Assembly: GCA_964441275.1 (NCBI GenBank)
Contig: CAYTUG010000010.1
Span: 6,684-70,683 of the forward strand
DNA length: 64,000 nucleotides
Source of the DNA: an uncultured Christensenellaceae bacterium
GTDB taxonomy: Bacteria > Bacillota > Clostridia > Christensenellales > SZUA-584
Reading direction: 5' to 3'
Shown: piece by piece, positions 50,844-60,129 of the stretch
How positions within the stretch are numbered: the first letter of the stretch is position 1
Layout of the letters: each line of letters begins with the position of its first letter
Made by a program: the position numbers and the translations under genes
Notes under the pieces: model-generated
Database searches by the model: none
What the model saw: only the letters and a program-made list of their open reading frames with translations
Told to the model about the DNA's origin: nothing

Positions 50844-51126
50844 TTTTGCCTCCAATATGTTAATCACATTATTGTATCATAGCCTTGGGTATTAATGAAA
50901 TGAATAATTTATTCAATTTCTGCCTTAGCGTTTGAAGCTTCTTGCGCTTTTTGTGTCAAATAATATTTTTAGAATAAAAAGCTATAGTAATAAGAAAGTG
51001 GTTGAATGTTTACAGATGTGTTTATTAATATAAGCGGCTCGGAATAGCAAAATAACAGCAGGTAATTTATATAAAAAATTATCATTTGGTATAAATGCTG
51101 CCCAATAAATATTTGGAGACCTATGT

Positions 51127-53856
51127 ATGTTCCCGGATACTGAAAATATTAAGATTGATGCCTTGATAAAATCAAAGTGGAAAAAGATACTTGATTTTAC
51201 CGCTCAGATGACAGAGTGCAGCCACGCATACATTATGTATAACACGTCAGACGGCATAGAAATTTTAGTTAAAGGTACATTTGGAGTATCCGAAGTTAAG
51301 CATCTGTTAGCCGATGCATCCGCCCTTTGCAAAATAGTAATCGATAACTCAAAAGAGCTCATTATTCAAAATATACAAGCAAATAAAGAATATAAAAATA
51401 TAAAAAGTGCATCGGCGTTTATGGCATATCCTATTTTGCTTCCGGATAAAAAAGCGTGCGGTGCTTTGTGCGTTATTGACGCCCGGGTAAAACAATTTTG
51501 GAACTGGAGCAGGCAGCTGCTTTCACAATATGCCGAATTTGCTACGGATGAACTTGGGGCAATCATAGAAAAGGATGGGTTAAATAAAAAGGCGGACAAA
51601 ACAGCAAGCGAACAGCTTGCAAAAATATTCAACCTTCTGCCCACAGCCATAATAGTTACTGCAATAGACGATGGACGGGTGATAGACGCCAATGACAGCT
51701 ATTTTAAGCTTTTCGGATTTAACCGTGACGAGATAATCGGAAAAACGGGGATGCAGCTTTTCGTTTTTGACGATCCTAACATTAGGCGCGTTATTTCAGG
51801 CAGGTTGGAAAACGCTCAGCCGCTGCGGGATTTTGAGACATCGCTTCTCACAAAGTCGGGGGAAACTCTGCGAGTTATTCTATCTGTCGAAAAAGCGGAA
51901 TTTGTGGGTATACAATGCTTAATATCAACCATTTTAGACTTATCGCCTACTATTGATTTAGAGCGGAATATAAAAACGATTAACGAGCGTTTATCATTGG
52001 CCGCCCATGCCGCGGATATGGGAGTGTGGGACTACAATATACCAAAGCAGACTTTGGCATGGGATGACAGATCGTTGAAGCTGTTCGATATAGAAAGAAA
52101 AAACCTTACGGGCAAACTGTCCGACTGGCTTGCGATTATTCATCCCGACGACAGAGAAAGCGCAAAGCAAAAGCTAAACGGCGCAATGCATGAAAAAGAG
52201 TTTTCACACGAGTATCGGGTGGTAAGGCAAGCCGGGCAGATTCGTTATATTAAAGCCTATGGGCACACGCAACATGACGAGACCGGTGCACCTATGCGCA
52301 TTACGGGCGTAAATTTTGATATGACGGACATACGCAAAGCTCAGGCGCAGACGAGGGAAATAGAGCAAAAATACCGCAGCCTTTTTCACAACAACAATGC
52401 CATACAAATAATTGTAAACAGCGACACTGGCGAAATAGTAGATGCAAATTCCGCCGCGTGCGAATTTTATGGTCATTCATCGTGCGAGATTAAACAGATA
52501 AAGATATGGAATATTGACGACTCTAACGAAGGAGTGTTGCGCAAACAATTAAACGAGATATACAACAAGAGTTCGGATTCGGTGGAGATGGTTCATCGTC
52601 GGTTTGATGGGCAGCTGCGTGAGATGGAGGTTTTTTGCGGTTGCGTCTCATTTAACGGAGATAAATTTTTGCACATGATAATTCACGACGTAACAGAAAG
52701 AAAACGTATTGAACGAGGACTTATCGAAAGCGAAAACCGGTTCAGGCTGTTTGTTGAAAGCGCGCCCGACGGCGTGCTTGTAGAAATGGACGGCCTTTTT
52801 GCATATGTAAACCGGAAAACGGTTGAGCTTTTCGGCGTGTCTTCAGAATACGACCTGCTCGGCAAGCCTATCGAGGCGTTCTTCCCCAAAAAAAGACGAA
52901 AAGGCGTTTTGGCTTTTGTAAGGAGGCTAAACGTTTTGAAAAAACCGGTATCTCTTCTAAATGAAACAATTGAGAGCAAGGACGGGACAGAGGTGGCAGT
53001 TGAAATTTCCGCTGTGCCTTTCAATTTGGGTGGGGAAGCAGGAGCGATAATCTTTTTTCACGACATTTCAAAGCGCAGAAAGCTTGAGGATGAAAAAATA
53101 TATTTTGAAGCCCAGCTCAGACAAAAACAAAAGCTCGAGTCTATTGGTGTTTTGGCAGGCGGAGTTGCACATGAAATAAACAATCCGGTAAGCGGAATTA
53201 TAAATTACGCACAGCTAATATACGAAACGCTTGATTATAAGTCGAAAACAGCCGAATATTGCGCCGATATTGTCCGTGAAGGAAGAAGGATAGCAGATAT
53301 AGTTAAAAACCTGCTTAAATTTGCGCGTCAAGAAAAACAAACGCACAGCGTTGCGCAGGTTAACGATATAATAAATGACACGCTATCGTTCATAAGGACG
53401 ATATTAAAAAAAGACAGCATATCGCTCGAGTTAGAACTGGATCCGGATTTGCCATGTATTAAATGCCGCAGCCAGCAAATACAGCAAGTGCTTATGAACT
53501 TAATCACCAATGCTCGCGATGCGCTAAATGCGCGTTACAAGAGCGATAACAATAACAAAAAGATTGTTCTTTCAAGCGCAACGGTAGAAAAGGACGGTAA
53601 CAGATGTGTTCAAGTAACGGTTATGGACAGTGGCACAGGGATCCCGGACAGTATCAAGGAAAAACTGTTCGATCCGTTTTTTACGACTAAATCCCGGGAC
53701 GAGGGAACGGGGTTGGGTTTGTCGATTAGCCACGGTATAGTTGAAGATCATCGCGGCGCGCTGTATTTCGATTCGCAGGAAGGGGAATATACGCGTGCGG
53801 TATTAGAGTTGCCCATAAACAACGGGTGGACGATGACGGCGCGTATGGAGGGTTAG
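51127..53856 (+). CDS. GAF/multi-PAS sensor histidine kinase
   Basis: [10 protein letters not shown]-box, [33 protein letters not shown]. Confidence 0.93.
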   Translation: MFPDTENIKIDALIKSKWKKILDFTAQMTECSHAYIMYNTSDGIEILVKGTFGVSEVKHLLADASALCKIVIDNSKELIIQNIQANKEYKNIKSASAFMAYPILLPDKKACGALCVIDARVKQFWNWSRQLLSQYAEFATDELGAIIEKDGLNKKADKTASEQLAKIFNLLPTAIIVTAIDDGRVIDANDSYFKLFGFNRDEIIGKTGMQLFVFDDPNIRRVISGRLENAQPLRDFETSLLTKSGETLRVILSVEKAEFVGIQCLISTILDLSPTIDLERNIKTINERLSLAAHAADMGVWDYNIPKQTLAWDDRSLKLFDIERKNLTGKLSDWLAIIHPDDRESAKQKLNGAMHEKEFSHEYRVVRQAGQIRYIKAYGHTQHDETGAPMRITGVNFDMTDIRKAQAQTREIEQKYRSLFHNNNAIQIIVNSDTGEIVDANSAACEFYGHSSCEIKQIKIWNIDDSNEGVLRKQLNEIYNKSSDSVEMVHRRFDGQLREMEVFCGCVSFNGDKFLHMIIHDVTERKRIERGLIESENRFRLFVESAPDGVLVEMDGLFAYVNRKTVELFGVSSEYDLLGKPIEAFFPKKRRKGVLAFVRRLNVLKKPVSLLNETIESKDGTEVAVEISAVPFNLGGEAGAIIFFHDISKRRKLEDEKIYFEAQLRQKQKLESIGVLAGGVAHEINNPVSGIINYAQLIYETLDYKSKTAEYCADIVREGRRIADIVKNLLKFARQEKQTHSVAQVNDIINDTLSFIRTILKKDSISLELELDPDLPCIKCRSQQIQQVLMNLITNARDALNARYKSDNNNKKIVLSSATVEKDGNRCVQVTVMDSGTGIPDSIKEKLFDPFFTTKSRDEGTGLGLSISHGIVEDHRGALYFDSQEGEYTRAVLELPINNGWTMTARMEG

Positions 53857-53857
53857 A

Positions 53858-54889
53858 ATGCCGAAGGTTTTGGTTGTCGATGATGAAAAAAGCATACGCG
53901 TTACAATAGGGGAGTTTTTAAAAAGAGCGGGATATGATGTCGTTACGGCCGATAATATGCAATGTGCGACCAATCTTATCAATGAAAACGATTTTGACGC
54001 TGTTTTGACGGATATTATAATGCCAAAAGGCTCGGGAGTATCTTTACTAAAGGAAATCCATAACAGGCAATTAAATATGCAGGTGCTCATGATGACGGGA
54101 GAGCCTACGGTGGAAACCGCAGTCGATGCCGTAAGGCATGGCGCTCGGGATTATCTTGCCAAACCAATAGACCGTGACGAGCTGCTTAAGGCCGTAAGGA
54201 ATGCGGTAAGCTACAAAAAATTGCTTGATGATAAAGAGCGCCTTGAACGTGAAAACAAGGAGCAAAAGCTTAACTTGGTGTGCCTTGTAGAAGAGCGGAC
54301 ACAAAAGATGCGGCAGGCGATGCTAAACACTGCGTATGCGGCCGCTGCAATGCTTGATTTGCGGGACCCTTACACCGCCGGGCACCAGCGCAGGGTGGGC
54401 AACCTTGCAAGCATCATCGGGCGCGAGATAGGCCTTTCGGAAGATCTGCAAGAAGGGCTTAACCTTATAGGATGCATTCATGATGTGGGAAAAATCATGG
54501 TGCCTACCGATATTCTTAACAAACCGGGACAAATATCAGAGCTTGAATACGAACTTATAAAAGAACATGCGCAAAAGGGTTACGAGGTGTTACGCAACTA
54601 TGAGATGCCATGGCCTGTTGCAGAGATTATCTATCAGCATCATGAGCGGCTTGATGGAAGCGGTTATCCCCGCGGTCTAAAAGGCGATGAAATTTATCTT
54701 GAAACTTGTATTATATCGGTTGCCGATGTGGTGGAGGCAATGATGACGCACCGCCCGTACCGGCCGAGCCTTGGATTAAAAGCCGCGCTTGATGAGATAA
54801 CCTTAAACAAAGGTACTCTCTATCACCCGGATGTAGTGGATGTTTGCGTTAAGCTGTTTCTTAAAAAAGATTATCAGCTTATAGAATAA
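53858..54889 (+). CDS. Response regulator with HD-GYP phosphodiesterase domain (RpfG-like)
   Basis: VVDDE..DIIMP..KP receiver; HQRRV, HDVGK, HHERLDGSGYP. Confidence 0.93.
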   Translation: MPKVLVVDDEKSIRVTIGEFLKRAGYDVVTADNMQCATNLINENDFDAVLTDIIMPKGSGVSLLKEIHNRQLNMQVLMMTGEPTVETAVDAVRHGARDYLAKPIDRDELLKAVRNAVSYKKLLDDKERLERENKEQKLNLVCLVEERTQKMRQAMLNTAYAAAAMLDLRDPYTAGHQRRVGNLASIIGREIGLSEDLQEGLNLIGCIHDVGKIMVPTDILNKPGQISELEYELIKEHAQKGYEVLRNYEMPWPVAEIIYQHHERLDGSGYPRGLKGDEIYLETCIISVADVVEAMMTHRPYRPSLGLKAALDEITLNKGTLYHPDVVDVCVKLFLKKDYQLIE

Positions 54890-55180
54890 TATATTAAGAC
54901 AGGCCGCATAGCATAAAAACGTTATATTTGCGGTAACTTATAGCAGTTTGCAACAAACAAAGCAGATTTTAGTTGCGTACATAACCCATACGGTTGTATC
55001 AAAGGTTTGGACGCCCTGTTTTAATGTATTTGAAACAAGCAAGAAGGTTTAAAACGCTTGCCGTTTGCCTGTAAATAAGATCCGCTTTAAAGTATAATTA
55101 TTTAGTTATGACGGATTAGACAAAGTTTATTGTTTAATATTGTGTTATTATAATAGACTAATTAAAAAAGGGAGTACGGA

Positions 55181-56806
55181 ATGGAAAAACACTGCTATGT
55201 AAATTATGCCGGGCGCAAAAACATTAAGACATATTTTGACGACTGCACGCGGCTATGGCAGATTGCCGGCAATCTTGGGGCTAAAGATGCGGTGTGCGCA
55301 CTGCTTAACGGCCGTTTAGTTTCGCTTTCCGATGCGCCGGAAGAGGGTGCGAGCGTAACGCTGCTAAAACCAACTGAACATGAACATGCATCACGCGTAT
55401 TTATGCGCGGGCTGACATTTGTGCTCTACCGCGCAGCACATGAACTGTTCCCGGACAGAAAACTGCGTATAGATTATATGCTTTGCGGAGGCGTTTACTG
55501 TGAATTGGGAAAGCTCAATAAAAACGATATTGACAGAATACAAAAAAGAATGTACGAGCTAATAGCGAAAGATGAAGATTTTGTGTTAAGGCTTATGCGG
55601 GTTGACGAGGCCGAAAGGATAATGCGCAAAGAGGGGCTTGAATCAAAGGCAAAGCTGCTGAAGTTTCGGCCGTTTGATTATTACCGTCTTTATCAATACG
55701 GACAATTGCATAACTATTTTCACGGTATAATGCCCAAAAGTGCGGGCTGCCTTAAAGGCTCTAACATTTTTGCATATGCAGACGGCATGATACTCGTATA
55801 TCCGACTCCTTATTCAATGGCGCACACCCCCATCATTGAACAACCCAAATATGCTGAGATATTCCGGCAGGCCGACCGCTGGGCAAAAGAGCTTTCGGCT
55901 TCTTATGTAACCGATTTAAACAACCTTCTAAGGGAAGGCAATATTGAGGAGTTAATAAACATTAACGAGATGCTGCACGAACGCACCATTTCGGAAATAG
56001 CAAATACTATTGCAAACAGAAAGGATGTTCGGGTGGTGCTTATTGCGGGGCCCTCGTCCTCAGGAAAAACGACTTTGGCTTCCCGTCTAACTGTTCACTT
56101 AAAGGCGCAAGCCAAGCGATGTTTTGCCGTATCGCTTGATGATTACTATAAAGATAAAGCAGACCAGCCATTGGGTGAAGACGGTGAATACGATTTTGAA
56201 AGCATAGATGCGCTGGACATTCCTAAGTTTAGCAATGATATAAAGCTGCTTCTTTCGGGGGCGCAAGCCCAAATGCCTAAGTACGATTTCTTTTCGGGCG
56301 TCCGGGTTAAAACTGTGCCCATAGAGATTGACGATGAGATTGTAATTGTTGAGGGCATACATGGCTTAAACAACGCATTGCTTGAAAGTTTAGAAAGAAA
56401 ATTTAAGTTTAAAATATTTATTTCGCCGCTTACCACTCTTAACTTAGACGAGCACAGCGTTGTCATGCCCGAAGATTTGCGGCTTTTAAGGCGGTTAGTG
56501 AGGGACAAAAGGGCAAGAGGTTTTTCGTTCGCGCAAACTTTTGCTATTTGGGATAAGGTAAGGCATGGCGAATACAAGTACATATTGCCGTATCAAGAGT
56601 CGGCGGATGTAATGTTTAATTCCACATTGCTCTACGAGCCGCTGATACTAAAAAAATATGCGTACAGCGAATTGAGACGCTTTACACCCGATATGCCAAA
56701 TTATCCCGAGGCGTTATCTCTGCTTAAGTTCTTGAATTACTTTTTAAGTTATGGCGAGGATGGCTCCGTTCCCCGCTACAGCATATTGCGCGAATTTATT
56801 GGATAA
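55181..56806 (+). CDS. Uridine kinase/phosphoribulokinase-family protein with N-terminal TGS/ThrRS-like domains
   Basis: IAGPSSSGKTT, SLDDYY, VEGIHGLN, RRLVRD, YQESADVMFNS; N-terminal region resembling ThrRS N1/N2. Confidence 0.85.
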   Translation: MEKHCYVNYAGRKNIKTYFDDCTRLWQIAGNLGAKDAVCALLNGRLVSLSDAPEEGASVTLLKPTEHEHASRVFMRGLTFVLYRAAHELFPDRKLRIDYMLCGGVYCELGKLNKNDIDRIQKRMYELIAKDEDFVLRLMRVDEAERIMRKEGLESKAKLLKFRPFDYYRLYQYGQLHNYFHGIMPKSAGCLKGSNIFAYADGMILVYPTPYSMAHTPIIEQPKYAEIFRQADRWAKELSASYVTDLNNLLREGNIEELININEMLHERTISEIANTIANRKDVRVVLIAGPSSSGKTTLASRLTVHLKAQAKRCFAVSLDDYYKDKADQPLGEDGEYDFESIDALDIPKFSNDIKLLLSGAQAQMPKYDFFSGVRVKTVPIEIDDEIVIVEGIHGLNNALLESLERKFKFKIFISPLTTLNLDEHSVVMPEDLRLLRRLVRDKRARGFSFAQTFAIWDKVRHGEYKYILPYQESADVMFNSTLLYEPLILKKYAYSELRRFTPDMPNYPEALSLLKFLNYFLSYGEDGSVPRYSILREFIG

Positions 56807-56847
56807 ATGTAATTAGTATTTGCGGCTGGCCGGCTGTTATCGGCGCT

Positions 56848-56901
56848 AAAATGAGCGGCATTGAGCGAACCTGTGATGTAACCTTTTTTTGCGGGGATAA
56901 T
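56848..56901 (+). promoter_or_regulatory. Putative activator-dependent late promoter of the holin operon
   Basis: ATGAGCG/TTGAGCG with 10-bp period (56851, 56861) and GATAAT at 56896-56901. Confidence 0.4.
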
Positions 56902-56926
56902 GCATCCTTGCGGAAAGGAGGCTTTT

Positions 56927-57319
56927 ATGGATTGGACACAGGTTGTGACAGCTGTTGTAGGGCTGATGTTTACCGGGGTGTTGTTGCCGCTTATAAACGC
57001 TTTATTCGTGTGGCTGAAAAACAAAACGAGCAATGACCAAATGTTCGCGGCGCTTTGCGAGGCTCAAACAGTTGCGGATGATGTTGTGGCAAGCCTTTCG
57101 GCCACCGTGGTCAGCTCTCTTAAAAAAGCAAGCGGCAACGGAAAGTTAACGGCCGATGATGCAAAAAAAGTGGCCGCATTAGCGGCGGAGCAATTTATTA
57201 GCGATTTGTCCGAGCGGTCGCTTGAGCTGCTGAAAAACAGGACGGATGATTTTGCATCGTATGTTGCCCGGTTGATTGAGGCGCGGCTGGTTGTGCTTAA
57301 AGGAGGGGGAAAGGCGTGA
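56927..57319 (+). CDS. Phage holin-like protein (LL-H type)
   Basis: 130 aa from ATG 56927 behind GAAAGGAGG; N-terminal TM, then LKKASGNGKLTADDAK...LIEARL soluble part typical of LL-H holins. Confidence 0.7.
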   Translation: MDWTQVVTAVVGLMFTGVLLPLINALFVWLKNKTSNDQMFAALCEAQTVADDVVASLSATVVSSLKKASGNGKLTADDAKKVAALAAEQFISDLSERSLELLKNRTDDFASYVARLIEARLVVLKGGGKA

Positions 57320-57936
57320 ATGCGGCGGACAGCATTAAAAGCTATTTTGACAACCTTGAGCAAGCACAAAAAGCTTCGATTATAGCGCAGTTTGAACAGG
57401 CCTACGCAGAGCTGCAAAAAAAGTATGAAAACGTGCCGGCGCAATATCAGTATCTCAAAAATGAAGCGTATGTAAATAACGCGCTAATCGAAAAGGCCCG
57501 CCGTGAAAACATGGCAAACATGGGGTTAGGCGGTACCGGAGGAGCTTCTCAAACTTTGGAGCAACGTAACACGGGGCGGCTTTTAAGAGAGATTGGAGAC
57601 ATTTCAAGACAGCAACAGGATTACAGCGATAACGTTAACATGGCTTTGTACAATCTGAAAACAAAGCACAAAGCCGACTTAACGGAAGTAGAATCTAAAA
57701 CGGCGTCCGAGCGTATAGCCGCTTTAACCGAACAGGCGCGTTTTGAAGCGCAATTCGAGCAAGCGCGGCAAAAAAACTTGTTTGACCAGGCTTACAGCCT
57801 TTACAAGAAAAAACTAATAACCGCAGCGCAATTTACAGAGATGACAGGCATAGCTTTGAAAAAGAGCGGTTCAAAAAAGAATAAAAACCCCGTGCAAAAG
57901 AGCACGCCGTATATTGATAATTATTATATGGTTTAG
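57316..57936 (+). CDS. Phage virion-associated (internal/ejection-like) helical protein
   Basis: Q/A-rich helical protein with AYVNN...RENMANMGLGGTGGASQT motif recalled from Clostridial podophage late proteins; coupled to the holin gene. Confidence 0.5.
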   Translation: MNAADSIKSYFDNLEQAQKASIIAQFEQAYAELQKKYENVPAQYQYLKNEAYVNNALIEKARRENMANMGLGGTGGASQTLEQRNTGRLLREIGDISRQQQDYSDNVNMALYNLKTKHKADLTEVESKTASERIAALTEQARFEAQFEQARQKNLFDQAYSLYKKKLITAAQFTEMTGIALKKSGSKKNKNPVQKSTPYIDNYYMV

Positions 57937-57942
57937 TGTAAC

Positions 57943-57963
57943 AGGGGCGAGATGAACCGCCCC
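57943..57963 (+). terminator. Hairpin after the holin operon
   Basis: GGGGCG-AGATGAAC-CGCCCC stem. Confidence 0.55.
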
Positions 57964-58280
57964 GTTAACAAAAACGGTGTGAAAAAGCAGCATTAACACC
58001 GCCGACGTTTTACAAGCGGCTAAACCTTGTAATAGTCCAATGTTAGAACCTGCGGAATGCGGCAGCAAATCTAACATCTTGCAAGCCAGCTTTTTGGGTT
58101 TTCCGAATCAGCAAAAGTAAAACAAAAATTAGCGCTTATATATCAAGTATATTATGCGGTTATCGAATCTAATAATTTAATAACACAATCAAAGGGTTAA
58201 TTGGAGCCGCTAATATGCTTAGCAAACAAAAACTGATTACAAAAAATCGCAGAGTAATTTAGTGCGAGCCGCCTAAACAG

Positions 58281-58685
58281 CTATTTTTTTTGGTCGGCGT
58301 TTGCTTGCTTATCGTCTTTCATTGCCTGGGCGAGCTTAATGGCAAGCCGAAGTTCTTCACCGCTTACGTTGCGCTCTGCAAGCTCTTCCAACATTTCTAA
58401 CGTAATTCCGCGGCTTGACAGCGCGGGCGATAGAGTGGGCTGATTCAGGGTTTTATAACGGTGCTGCTGCGCAATTCCAAGAAGGTAATCGGCTGAGCAT
58501 ACCAAAGCGTCGCAAAGCTTTTCAAGAACCTCTATTGACGGGCGCTTGCGCCCACTCTCTATCTCCGCAAGAAAAGCCTGGGTGATACCAATGCGCGCGG
58601 AAAGCTGAGACTGCGTTAAACCGAGCTGCTGCCGCTGATGCTTTAATTTTTTGGGGAGGCTGTCCAAATTAGTTACTTCCTTCAT
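58281..58685 (-). CDS. XRE-family CI-like repressor
   Basis: LKHQRQQLGLTQSQLSARIGITQAFLAEIESGRKRPSIEVL HTH; start probably ATG 58685 or TTG 58667, not 58862. Confidence 0.88.
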   Translation of the reverse strand: MKEVTNLDSLPKKLKHQRQQLGLTQSQLSARIGITQAFLAEIESGRKRPSIEVLEKLCDALVCSADYLLGIAQQHRYKTLNQPTLSPALSSRGITLEMLEELAERNVSGEELRLAIKLAQAMKDDKQANADQKK

Positions 58686-58710
58686 ATAATAATTTAAGGC
58701 ACACAAATGG

Positions 58711-58784
58711 ATTATAGCCATAAGCGATAGATTTGTAAAGTATAGCTTTAAGCTATTGACAACTTGTTTGATTTTGGATAGGGT
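58711..58784. promoter_or_regulatory. Divergent promoter pair with two 15-bp operators (lambda-like switch)
   Basis: Leftward TTTACA-17-TATAAT (58739..58711); rightward TTGACA-17-TAGGGT (58756..58784); operators ATAGCcataAGCgAT (58714-58728) and ATAGCtttaAGCTAT (58742-58756). Confidence 0.75.
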
Positions 58785-58808
58785 GAAAGAGAATACGGAG
58801 GTGAGATC

Positions 58809-59045
58809 ATGAGAGTGGCGTTGGCTTTGATACGTGAGGGCGCGAATATTTCGCAGGTGCAAATTTCTAAAAGAGCAGGAATATCTCAGGGCTATTATTC
58901 AGACATTGAATGCGGCGTCAGACGCCCTTCGCCCGATGTTGCGGTGCGCATTGCGCGGGCGCTCGACATCCCCGAATGTGAAATATTCAGCATATTTTAC
59001 AATGAGAATCAAAGCAGAAAAGGACATGCAACACGGTTATCATAA
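58809..59045 (+). CDS. Cro-like XRE HTH protein
   Basis: 78 aa, ISQVQISKRAGISQGYYSDIECGVRRPSPDVA; GGAGGTG RBS; divergent from the CI-like gene. Confidence 0.88.
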   Translation: MRVALALIREGANISQVQISKRAGISQGYYSDIECGVRRPSPDVAVRIARALDIPECEIFSIFYNENQSRKGHATRLS

Positions 59046-59180
59046 TTTATCACTTTAAAAGAGTATCATGACTTTGTGACATATCGCAGCGTAAAGTTGC
59101 GCATTTGGGTTTCTGATGGGCAATTTTCTCCTGTTTTCAAATGCGGTTAGACGCCGTAATATTAGTTGCGAGGTTAATCT

Positions 59181-59651
59181 ATGAGAGAAATAGAAATATT
59201 TTTAAAGGATTATTGGTATGCTACACGCAGCATAGGCAGGTTGATGCTTGATTTATCGGCCGCGCGGCACGCTTATGAACAAAGCCGCCAATATATACCG
59301 TCTACAGGCGGGCTGATAAAAACAAATAGATCGCGCTATGCGCATGACAGCGCGGTTGAGAAGGCGGTAATACTTGCGGTGGATCAATTCCGTGCTGAAG
59401 TTGAAAGCATTGAGCGCAGGCTAAACTACGAAAGGCGCACCATTGAAATTATTGAACAGACGGTTGCCAACGCGGGACTGTCCGCACCTGAAGCCGCATA
59501 CATAAGATTGCGTTACTTCGAGGGAAAAAGTGTAGAAGCTTCTGCGCAGCGTTTGTTTTGCTCGGTAGCAACAGCCGGAAGAATAAGAGTTTGCGCGCTT
59601 GATAAAATAGAGAATGCGGTGGGGAAGGAGAATATTGCAAAAGCGCTGTGA
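59181..59651 (+). CDS. RinA/ArpU-family phage late transcriptional activator
   Basis: 156 aa; N-terminal coiled coil, C-terminal sigma4-like HTH IRLRYFEGKSVEASAQRLFCSVATAGRIR. Confidence 0.75.
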   Translation: MREIEIFLKDYWYATRSIGRLMLDLSAARHAYEQSRQYIPSTGGLIKTNRSRYAHDSAVEKAVILAVDQFRAEVESIERRLNYERRTIEIIEQTVANAGLSAPEAAYIRLRYFEGKSVEASAQRLFCSVATAGRIRVCALDKIENAVGKENIAKAL

Positions 59652-59919
59652 AACAATAAATTAAACGGAATGAGTCAGAAAGGCGGGACGAAAGTTGATA
59701 CATTAAGTTGACAAATATGTTTTTGCAAAAGGTTTAGAACATGCAAAACCCAATACCAGGTTACGCCCAAGATGCCTTAATACCGGTTGCCGAGAAGATA
59801 TTTTTCCGGAATTATTATTCAATTATATTTGATTTTTGGCAATGTGAAACCAAGTAACAAAACTACATAACAATAAGCGAAGCATATGAATATATATAAT
59901 CACAGGGGGGTGAAGACTT

Positions 59920-60045
59920 ATGTGTGGCGGATACTCCTGCGGTCGCAGCCAAATGCGAAGCAGTTACCGCAGCCGTAGTTGCTTATGCAACTGTTTGTGC
60001 GGTTGCTTGGGCTGCTGCTTTTGCCGTGGCAGGCGTTGTTGGTAG
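59920..60045 (+). CDS. 41-aa Cys-rich peptide (below the ORF-track length cutoff)
   Basis: MCGGYSCGRSQMRSSYRSRSCLCNCLCGCLGCCFCRGRRCW*; AGGGGGGTGA RBS. Confidence 0.6.
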   Translation: MCGGYSCGRSQMRSSYRSRSCLCNCLCGCLGCCFCRGRRCW

Positions 60046-60129
60046 AATATAATTCAGACGGCTCGCCACTACAGGCGGGCCATACATGCAGCATGGGCCG
60101 CCCTCCTTATTCTGCGATATATTTTGACA

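Larger units (their letters stand above)
56927..59651. mobile_element. Second phage-derived module (lysis/virion plus switch and late activator)
   Basis: Five phage-type genes between uridine kinase and chromosomal genes; no integrase or replication gene between the Cro-like and activator genes. Confidence 0.75.

Noticed and set aside
56851-57036. 61-aa ORF overlapping the holin start
   Set aside because: No RBS; it overlaps the better-supported holin-like ORF and its putative promoter motif.
9568-59651. One intact inducible prophage spanning both phage loci
   Set aside because: The 40 kb between them holds essential core genes (rplKAJL, nusG, secE, arg, clpB); I found no integrase, att repeats, replication or terminase genes.
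59690-59800. c-di-GMP-I riboswitch (GCAAAACC ... CCGGTTGCCGA fragments)
   Set aside because: The GGCAAA/GNRA P1-P2 arrangement and GGxCTAA elements could not be aligned; only isolated short matches.
59924-60052. Ala/Val-rich +1-frame peptide (MADTPAVAAKC...) as a bacteriocin precursor
   Set aside because: It is the expected frame-shadow of TGC/TGT-rich codons, its GTG start is less well spaced from the RBS, and no processing, transport or immunity genes are adjacent.
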